From: Eledone cirrhosa
Taxonomy: Eukaryota
Assembly: GCA_964016885.1 (NCBI GenBank)
Contig: OZ024740.1
Location: 318,122,001-318,186,000, forward strand
Length of the DNA: 64,000 nucleotides
Direction of reading: 5' to 3'
This document shows, one piece after another, positions 1-11,539 of this stretch (positions are counted from its first letter, which is position 1; each line of letters opens with the position of its first letter). The notes beneath the pieces are model-generated. The model was not told where the DNA came from. It did not search any database and saw only the letters and a program-made list of their open reading frames with translations. The translations under genes were made by a program, and so were the position numbers.

Positions 1-1739
1 TACCTGACATTCTAACGACTCTACCAATTCGCTGTCTTTCTACTACAATACTCACAACAAATAATCCAGGATTGTCTCGTCTATTTCCACAACTTACATT
101 CTATCTAACATTCTAACAACTCCACCAATTCGAAATCTTTCTACTACAATACTCACAACAAATCATCCAGGATTGTCTCGTCTATTTCCACAACTTACAT
201 TCTATCTGATATTCTAACGACTCTACCAATTCGAAGTCTTTCTACTACAATACTAACAACAAATAATCCAGGATTGTCTCTTCTATTTCCACAACTTGCA
301 TTCTATCTGACATTCTAACGACTCTACCAATTCGAAGTCTTTCTACTACAATACTCACAACAAATAATCCAGGATTGTCTCGTCTATTTCCACAACTTAC
401 ATTCTATCTGATATTCTAACGACTCTACCAATTCGAAGTCTTTCTACTACAATACTCACAACAAATAATCCAGGATTGTCTCGTCTATTTCCACAACTTG
501 CATTCTATCTGACATTCTAACGACTCTACCAATTCGAAGTCTTTCTACTACAATACTCACAACAAATAATCCAGGATTGTCTCGTCTATTTCCACAAATT
601 ACATTCTATCTGACATTCTAACGACTCTACAAATTCGCTGTCTTTCTACTACAATACTCAACAAATAATCCAGGACTGTCTCGTCTATTTCCACAACTTA
701 CGTTCTATCTGACATTCTAAAGACTCTAACAATTCGAAGTCTTTCTACTAAAATACTCAGAACAAATAATCCAGGTTTGTCTCGTCTATTTCCACAACTT
801 ACATTCTATCTAACATTCTAACGACTCTACCAATTCGAAGCCTTTTTACTACATTACTCACAACAAATAATTCAGGATTGTCTCGTCTATTTCCACAAAT
901 TACGTTCTATCTGACATTCTAACGACTCTACCAATTCGCTGTCTTTCTACTACAATACTCACAACAAATAATCCAGGATTGTCTCGTCTATTTCCACAAC
1001 TTACATTCTATCTGATATTCTAACGACTCTACCAATTCGAAGTCTTTCTACTACAATACTCACACAAATAATCCAGGATTGTCTCGTCTATTTCCACAAC
1101 TTACATTCTATCTGATATTCTAACGACTCTACCAATTCGAAGTCTTTCTACTACAATACTCACAACAAATAATCCAGGATTGTCTCGTCTATTTCCACAA
1201 CTTACATTCTATCTGATATTCTAACGACTCTACCAATTCGAAGTCTTTCTACTACAATACTAACAACAAATAATCCAGGATTGTCTCTTCTATTTCCACA
1301 ACTTACATTCTATCTGACATTCTAACAACTCTACCAATTCGAAATCTTTCTACTACAATACTCACAACAAATAATCCAGGATTGTCTCGTCTATTTCCAC
1401 AACTTACATTCTATCTGATATTCTAACGACTCTACCAATTCGAAGTCTTTCTACTACAATACTAACAACAAATAATCCAGGATTGTCTCGTCTATTTCCA
1501 CAACTTACGTTCTAACTGACATTCTAACAACTCTACCAATTCGAAGTCTTTCTACTACAATACTCACAACAAATAATACAGGATTGGCTCGTCTATTTCC
1601 ACAACTTACATTCTATCTGACATTCTAACGACTCTACCAATTCGCTGTATTTCTACTACAATACTCACAACAAATAATCCAGCACTGCTTCGTCTATTTC
1701 CACAACTCACATTCTATCTGACATTCTAACGACTCTACC

Positions 1740-2440
1740 AATTCGAAGTCTTTCTACTACAATACTCACAACAAATAATCCAGGAATATCTCGTCTATTT
1801 CCACAACTTACATTCTATCTGACATTGAAACGACTCTATCAATTCGAAGTCTTTCTACTACAATAGTAACTTCAAATAATCCAGGATTGTCTCGTCTATT
1901 TCCACAACTTACATTCTATCTGACATTCTAACGACTCTATCAATTCGAAGTCTTTCTACTACAATACTAATAAAAATAATCTAGGATTGTCTCGTCTATT
2001 TCCACAACTTACATTCTATCTGACATTGAAACGACTCTATCAATTCGAAGTCTTTCTACTACAATACTAACTTCAAATAATCCAGTATCGTCTCGTCTAT
2101 TTCCACAACTTACATTCTATCTGACATTCTAACGACTCTACCAATTCGAAGTCTTTCTACTACAATACTCACAACAAATAATCCAGGAATATCTCGTCTA
2201 TTTCCACAACTTACATTCTATCTGACATTGAAACGACTCTATCAATTCGAAGTCTTTCTACTACAATAGTAACTTCAAATAATCCAGGATTGTCTCGTCT
2301 ATTTCCACAACTTACATTCTATCTGACATTCTAACGACTCTATCAATTCGAAGTCTTTCTACTACAATACTAATAAAAATAATCTAGGATTGTCTCGTCT
2401 ATTTCCACAACTTACATTCTATCTGACATTGAAACGACTC
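1740..2440. repeat. Local duplication with a 4-monomer (403 bp) period
   Basis: CAGGAATATC occurs at 1781 and 2184 (offset 403). Both are followed by a TTGAAACG..TAGTAACTTCAA monomer and then a CTAATAAAAATAATCTAGG monomer. Confidence 0.8.
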
Positions 2441-5400
2441 TACCAATTCGCTGTCTTTCTACTACAATACTCACAACAAATAATCCAGGATTGTCTCGTC
2501 TATTTCCACAACTTACATTCTATCTGATATTCTAACGACTCTACCAATTCGAAGTCTTTCTACTACAATACTCACAACAAATAATCCAGGATTGTCTCGT
2601 CTATTTCCACAACTTACATTCTATCTAACATTCTAACGACTCTACCAATTCGAAGCCTTTTTACTACATTACTCACAACAAATAATTCAGGATTGTCTCG
2701 TCTATTTCCACAAATTACGTTCTATCTGACATTCTAACGACTCTACCAATTCGCTGTCTTTCTATTACAATACCCACAACAAATAATCCAGGATTGTCTC
2801 GTCTATTTCCACAACTTACATTCTATCTGACATTCTAAAGACTCTAACAATTCGAAGTCTTTCTACTACAATACTCAGAACAAATAATCCAGGTTTGTCT
2901 CGTCTATTTCCACAACTTACATTCTATCTGACATTCTAACGACTCTACCAATTCGAAGCCTTTTTACTACATTACTCACAACAAATAATTCAGGATTGTC
3001 TCGTCTATTTCCACAAATTACGTTCTATCTGACATTCTAACGACTCTACCAATTCGCTGTCTTTCTACTACAATACTCACAACAAATAATCCAGGATTGT
3101 CTCGTCTATTTCCACAACTTACATTCTATCTGATATTCTAACGACTCTACCAATTCGAAGTCTTTCTACTACAATACTCACAACAAATAATCCAGGATTG
3201 TCTCGTCTATTTCCACAACTTACATTCTATCTGATATTCTAACGACTCTACCAATTCGAAGTCTTTCTACTACAATACTCACAACAAATAATCCAGGATT
3301 GTCTCGTCTATTTCCACAACTTACATTCTATCTGATATTCTAACGACTCTACCAATTCGAAGTCTTTCTACTACAATACTAACAACAAATAATCCAGGAT
3401 TGTCTCTTCTATTTCCACAACTTACATTCTATCTGACATTCTAACAACTCTACCAATTCGAAATCTTTCTACTACAATACTCACAACAAATAATCCAGGA
3501 TTGTCTCGTCTATTTCCACAACTTACATTCTATCTGATATTCTAACGACTCTACCAATTCGAAGTCTTTCTACTACGATACTAACAACAAATAATCCAGG
3601 ATTGTCTTTTCTATTTCCACAACTTACATTCTATCTGACGTTCTAACAACTCTACCAATTCGCTGTATTTCTACTACAATACTCACAACAAATAATCCAG
3701 CACTGCTTCGTCTATTTCCACAACTCACATTCTATCTGACATTCTAACGACTCTACCAATTCGAAGTCTTTCTACTACAATACTCACAACAAATAATCCA
3801 GGAATATCTCGTCTATTTCCACAACTTACATTCTATCTGACATTGAAACGACTCTATCAATTCGAAGTCTTTCTACTACAATACTAACTTCAAATAATCC
3901 AGGATCGTCTCGTCTATTTCCACAACTTACATTCTATCTGACATTCTAACGACTCTACCAATTCGCTGTCTTTCTACTACAATACTCACAACAAATAATC
4001 CAGGATTGTTTCGTCTATTTCCACAACTTACATTCTATCTGATATTCTAACGACTCTACCAATTCGAAGTCTTTCTACTACAATACTCACAACAAATAAT
4101 CCAGGATTGTCTCGTCTATTTCCACAACTTACATTCTATCTAACATTCTAACGACTCTACCAATTCGAAGCCTTTTTACTACATTACTCACAACAAATAA
4201 TTCAGGATTGTCTCGTCTATTTCCACAAATTACGTTCTATCTGACATTCTAACGACTCTACCAATTCGCTGTCTTTCTACTACAATACTCACAACAAATA
4301 ATCCAGGATTGTCTCGTCTATTTCCACAACTTACATTCTATCTGATATTCTAACGACTCTACCAATTCGAAGTTTTTCTACTACAATACTCACAACAAAT
4401 AATCCAGGATTGTCTCGTCTATTTCCACAACTTACATTCTATCTGATATTCTAACGACTCTACCAATTCGAAGTCTTTCTACTACAATACTAACAACAAA
4501 TAATCCAGGATTGTCTCTTCTATTTCCACAACTTACATTCTATCTGACATTCTAACAACTCTACCAATTCGAAATCTTTCTACTACAATACTCACAACAA
4601 ATAATCCAGGATTGTCTCGTCTATTTCCACAACTTACATTCTATCTGATATTCTAACGACTCTACCAATTCGATGTCTTTCTACTACAATACTAACAACA
4701 AATAATCCAGGATTGTCTTTTCTATTTCCACAACTTACATTCTATCTGACGTTCTAACAACTCTACCAATTCGAAATCTTTCTACTACAATACTCACAAC
4801 AAATAATCCAGGATTGTCTCGTCTATTTCCACAACTTACATTCTATCTGATATTCTAACGACTCTACCAATTCGAAGTCTTTCTACTACAATACTAACAA
4901 CAAATAATCCAGGATTGTCTCGTCTATTTCCACAACTTACGTTCTATCTGACATTCTAACAACTCTACCAATTCGAAGTCTTTCTACTACAATACTCACA
5001 ACAAATAATACAGGATTGGCTTGTCTATTTCCACAACTTACATACTATCTGACATTCTAACGACTCTACCAATTCGCTGTATTTCTACTACAATACTCAC
5101 AACAAATAATCCAGCACTGCTTCGTCTATTTCCACAACTCACATTCTATCTGACATTCTAACGACTCTACCAATTCGAAGTCTTTCTACTACAATACTCA
5201 CAACAAATAATCCAGGAATATCTCGTCTATTTCCACAACTTACATTCTATCTGACATTGAAACGACTCTATCAATTCGAAGTCTTTCTACTACAATAGTA
5301 ACTCCCATAATCCAGGATTGTCTCGTCTATTTCCACAACTTACATTCTATCTGACATTCTAACGACTCTATCAATTCGAAGTCTTTCTACTACAATACTA

Positions 5401-8400
5401 ATAAAAATAATCTAGGATTGTCTCGTCTATTTCCACAACTTACATTCTATCTGACATTGAAACGACTCTATCAATTCGAAGTCTTTCTACTACAATACTA
5501 ATTTTCAAATAATCCAGGATCGTCTCGTCTAATTCCACAACTTACATTCTATCTGACATTCTAACGACTCTACCAATTCGCTGTCTTTCTACTACAATAC
5601 TCACAACAAATAATCCAGGATTGTCTCGTCTATTTCCACAACTTACATTCTATCTGATATTCTAACGACTCTACCAATTCGAAGTCTTTCTACTACAATA
5701 CTCACAACAAATAATCCAGGATTGTCTCGTCTATTTCCACAACTTACATTCTATCTGATATTCTAACGACTCTACCAATTCGAAGTCTTTCTACTACAAT
5801 ACTCACAACAAATAATCCAGGATTGTCTCGTCTATTTCCACAACTTACATTTTATCTGATATTCTAACGACTCTACCAATTCGAAGTCTTTCTACTACAA
5901 TACTAACAACAAATAATCCAGGATTGTCTCTTCTATTTCCACAACTTACATTCTATCTGACATTCTAACAACTCTACCAATTCGAAATCTTTCTACTACA
6001 ATACTCACAACAAATAATCCAGGATTGTCTCGTCTATTTCCACAACTTACATTCTATCTGATATTCTAACGACTCTACCAATTCGAAGTCTTTCTACTAC
6101 AATACTAACAACAAATAATCCAGGATTGTCTTTTCTATTTCCACAACTTACATTCTATCTGACGTTCTAACAACTCTACCAATTCGAAATCTTTCTACTA
6201 CAATACTCACAACAAATAATCCAGGATTGTCTCGTCTATTTCCACAACTTACATTCTATCTGATATTCTAACGACTCTACCAATTCGAAGTCTTTCTACT
6301 ACAATACTAACAACAAATAATCCAGGATTGTCTCGTCTATTTCCACAACTTACGTTCTATCTGACATTCTAACAACTCTACCAATTCGAAGTCTTTCTAC
6401 TACAATACTCACAACAAATAATACAGGATTGGCTCGTCTATTTCCACAACTTACATTCTATCTGACATTCTAACGACTCTACCAATTCGCTGTATTTCTA
6501 CTACAATACTCACAACAAATAATCCAGCACTGTTTCGTCTATTTCCACAACTCACATTCTATCTGACATTCTAACGACTCTACCAATTCGAAGTCTTTCT
6601 ACTACAATACTCACAACAAATAATCCAGGAATATCTCGTCTATTTCCACAACTTACATTCTATCTGACATTGAAACGACTCTATCAATTCGAAGTCTTTC
6701 TACTACAATACTAACTTCAAATAATCCAGGATTGTCTCGTCTATTTCCACAACTTACATTCTATCTGACATTCTAACGACTCTATCAATTCGAAGTCTTT
6801 CTACTACAATACTAATAAAAATAATCTAGGATTGTCTCGTCTATTTCCACAACTTACATTCTATCTGACATTGAAACGACTCTATCAATTCGAAGTCTTT
6901 CTACTACAATACTAACTTCAAATAATCCAGGATTGTCTCGTCTATTTCCACAACTTACATTCTATCTGACATTCTAACGACTCTACCAATTCGAAGTCTT
7001 TCTACTACAATACTAATAAAAATAATCTAGGATTGTCTCGTCTATTTCCACAACTTACATTCTATCAGACATTCTAACGACTCTACCAATTCGCTGTCTT
7101 TCTACTACAATACTCACAACAAATAATCCAGGATTGTCTCGTCTATTTCCAAAACGTACATTCTATCTGACATTCTAACGTCTCTACCAATTCGAAGTTT
7201 TTCTACTACAATACTAACAACAAATAATCCAGGATTGTCTCGTCTATTTCCACAACTTACATTCTATCTGACATTCTAACGACTCTACCAATTCGCTGTA
7301 TTTCTACTACAATACTCAAAACAAATAATCCAGGATTGTCTCGTCTATTTCCACAACATACATTCTATCTGACATTCTAACGACTCTACCAATTCGCTGT
7401 CTTTCTACTACAATACTCAACAAATAATCCAGGACTGTCTCGTCTATTTCCACAACTTACGTTCTATCTGACATTCTAAAGACTCTAACAATTCGAAGTC
7501 TTTCTACTACAATACTCAGAACAAATAATCCAGGTTTGCCTCGTCTATTTCCACAACTTACATTCTATCTAACATTCTAACGACTCTACCAATTCGAAGC
7601 CTTTTTACTACATTACTCACAACAAATAATTCAGGATTGTCTCGTCTATTTCCACAACTTACATTCTATCTAACATTCTAAGGACTCTACCAATTCGAAG
7701 CCTTTTTACTACATTACTCACAACAAATAATTCAGGATTGCCCCGTCTATTTCCACAACTTACATTCTACCTGACATTCTAACGACTCTACCAATTCGCT
7801 GTCTTTCTACTACAATACTCACAACAAATAATCCAGGATTGTCTCGTCTATTTCCACAACTTACATTCTATCTAACATTCTAACAACTCCACCAATTCGA
7901 AATCTTTCTACTACAATACTCACAACAAATCATCCAGGATTGTCTCGTCTATTTCCACAACTTACATTCTATCTGATATTCTAACGACTCTACCAATTCG
8001 AAGTCTTTCTACTACAATACTAACAACAAATAATCCAGGATTGTCTCTTCTATTTCCACAACTTACATTCTATCTAACATTCTAACAACTCCACCAATTC
8101 GAAATCTTTCTACTACAATACTCACAACAAATCATCCAGGATTGTCTCGTCTATTTCCACACATACATTCTATCTGATATTCTAACGACTCTACCAATTC
8201 GAAGTTTTTCTACTACAATACTAACAACAAATAATCCAGGATTGTCTCTTCTATTTCCACAACTTGCATTCTATCTGACATTCTAACGACTCTACCAATT
8301 CGAAGTCTTTCTACTACAATACTCACAACAAATAATCCAGGATTGTCTCGTCTATTTCCACAACTTGCATTCTATCTGACATTCTAACGACTCTACCAAT

Positions 8401-11400
8401 TCGAAGTCTTTCTACTACAATACTCACAACAAATAATCCAGGATTGTCTCGTCTATTTCCACAAATTACATTCTATCTGACATTCTAACGACTCTACAAA
8501 TTCGCTGTCTTTCTACTACAATACTCAACAAATAATCCAGGACTGTCTCGTCTATTTCCACAAATTACGTTCTATCTGACATTCTAAAGACTCTAACAAT
8601 TCGAAGTCTTTCTACTACAATACTCAGAACAAATAATCCAGGTTTGTCTCGTCTATTTCCACAACTTACATTCTATCTAACATTCTAACGACTCTACCAA
8701 TTCGAAGCCTTTTTACTACATTACTCACAACAAATAATTCAGGATTGTCTCGTCTATTTCCACAACTTACATTCTATCTGATATTCTAACGACTCTACCA
8801 ATTCGAAGTCTTTCTACTACAATACTCACAACAAATAATCCAGGATTGTCTCGTCTATTTCCACAACTTACATTCTATCTGATATTCTAACGACTCTACC
8901 AATTCGAAGTCTTTCTACTACAATACTAACAACAAATAATCCAGGATTGTCTCTTCTATTTCCACAAATTACATTCTATCTGACATTCTAACAACTCTAC
9001 CAATTCGAAATCTTTCTACTACAATACTCACAACAAATAATCCAGGATTGTCTCGTCTATTTCCACAACTTACATTCTATCTGATATTCTAACGACTCTA
9101 CCAATTCGAAGTCTTTCTACTACAATACTAACAACAAATAATCCAGGATTGTCTTTTCTATTTCCACAACTTACATTCTATCTGACGTTCTAACAACTCT
9201 ACCAATTCGAAATCTTTCTACTACAATACTCACAACAAATAATCCAGGATTGTCTCGTCTATTTCCACAACTTACATTCTATCTGATATTCTAACGACTC
9301 TACCAATTCGAAGTCTTTCTACTACAATACTAACAACAAATAATGCAGGATTGTCTCGTCTATTTCCACAACTTACGTTCTATCTGACATTCTAACAACT
9401 CTACCAATTCGAAATCTTTCTACTACAATACTCACAACAAATAATCCAGGATTGTCTCGTCTATTTCCACAACTTACATTCTATCTGATATTCTAACGAC
9501 TCTACCAATTCGAAGTCTTTCTACTACAATACTAACTTCAAATAATCCAGGATTGTCTCGTCTATTTCCACAACTTACATTCTATCTGACATTCTAACGA
9601 CTCTACCAATTCGCTGTATTTCTACTACAATACTCACAACAAATAATCCAGCACTGCTTCGTCTATTTCCACAACTCACATTCTATCTGACATTGTAACG
9701 ACTCTACCAATTCGAAGTCTTTCTACTACAATACTCACAACAAATAATCCAGGAATATCTCGTCTATTTCCACAACTTACATTCTATCTGACATTGAAAC
9801 GACTCTATCAATTCGAAGTCTTTCTACTACAATAGTAACTTCAAATAATCCAGGATTGTCTCGTCTATTTCCACAACTTACATTCTATCTGACATTCTAA
9901 CGACTCTATCAATTCGAAGTCTTTCTACTACAATACTAATAAAAAAATTCTAGGATTGTCTCGTCTATTTCCACAACTTACATTCTATCTGACATTGAAA
10001 CGACTCTATCAATTCGAAGTCTTTCTACTACAATACTAACTTCAAATAATCCAGGATCGTCTCGTCTATTTCCACAACTTACATTCTATCTGACATTCTA
10101 ACGACTCTACCAATTCGAAGTCTTTCTACTACAATACTAATAAAAACAATCTAGGATTGTCTCGTCTATTTCCACAACTTACATTCTATCAGACATTCTA
10201 ACGACTCTACCAATTCGCTGTCTTTCTACTACAATACTCACAACAAATAATCCAGGATTGTCTCGTCTATTTCCAAAACGTACATTCTATCTGACATTCT
10301 AACGACTCTACCAATTCGAAGTTTTTCTACTACAATACTAACAACAAATAATCCAGGATTGTCTCGTCTATTTCCACAACTTACGTTATATCTGACATTC
10401 TAACAACTCTACCAATTCGAAGTCTTTCTACTACAATACTCACAACAAATAATACAGGATTGGCTCGTCTATTTCCACAACTTACATTCTATCTGACATT
10501 CTAACGACTCTACCAATTCGCTGTATTTCTACTACAATACTCACAACAAATAATCCAGCACTGTTTCGTCTATTTCCACAACTCACATTCTATCTGACAT
10601 TCTAACGACTCTACCAATTCGAAGTCTTTCTACTACAATACTCACAACAAATAATCCAGGAATATCTCGTCTATTTCCACAACTTACATTCTATCTGACA
10701 TTGAAACGACTCTATCAATTCGAAGTCTTTCTACTACAATACTAACTTCAAATAATCCAGGAATGTCTCGTCTATTTCCACAACTTACATTCTATCTGAC
10801 ATTCTAACGACTCTATCAATTCGAAGTCTTTCTACTACAATACTAATAAAAATAATCTAGGATTGTCTCGTCTATTTCCACAACTTACATTCTATCTGAC
10901 GTTGAAACGACTCTATCCATTCGAAGTCTTTCTACTACAATACTAACTTCAAATAATCCAGGATTGTCTCGTCTATTTCCACAACTTACATTCTATCTGA
11001 CATTCTAACGACTATACCAATTCGAAGTCTTTCTACTACAATACTAATAAAAATAATCTAGGATTGTCTCGTCTATTTCCACAACTTACATTCTATCAGA
11101 CATTCTAACGACTCTACCAATTCGCTGTCTTTCTACTACAATACTCACAACAAATAATCCAGGATTGTCTGGTCTATTTCCAAAACGTACATTCTATCTG
11201 ATATTCTAACGACTCTACCAATTCGAAGTTTTTCTACTACAATACTAACAACAAATAATCCAGGATTGTCTCTTCTATTTCCACAACTTGCATTCTATCT
11301 GACATTCTAATGACTCTACCAATTCGAAGTCTTTCTACTACAATACTCACAACAAATAATCCAGGATTGTCTCGTCTATTTCCACAACTTGCATTCTATC

Positions 11401-11539
11401 TGACATTCTAACGACTCTACACATTCGAAGTCTTTCTACTACAATACTCACAACAAATAATCCAGGATTGTCTCGTCTATTTCCACAAATTACATTCTAT
11501 CTGACATTCTAACGACTCTACAAATTCGCTGTCTTTCTA

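Noticed and set aside
1-101. Tandem 5S rRNA, tRNA, snRNA or spliced-leader gene array
   Set aside because: The unit is shorter than 5S rRNA. It shows no recognisable A/B/C boxes or cloverleaf, and its strand asymmetry leaves little capacity for pairing.
330-347. CENP-B box (TTCG core)
   Set aside because: ATTCGAAGTCTTTCTAC has TTCG but lacks the required A and CGGG of NTTCGNNNNANNCGGGN.
306-404. One + frame reads SDILTTLPIRSLSTTILTTNNPGLSRLFPQLTF, superficially LRR-like or mucin-like
   Set aside because: It lacks a proper LxxLxLxxN consensus, has no start codon and closes in the next monomer. The L/T/S/I richness follows from the G-poor composition.
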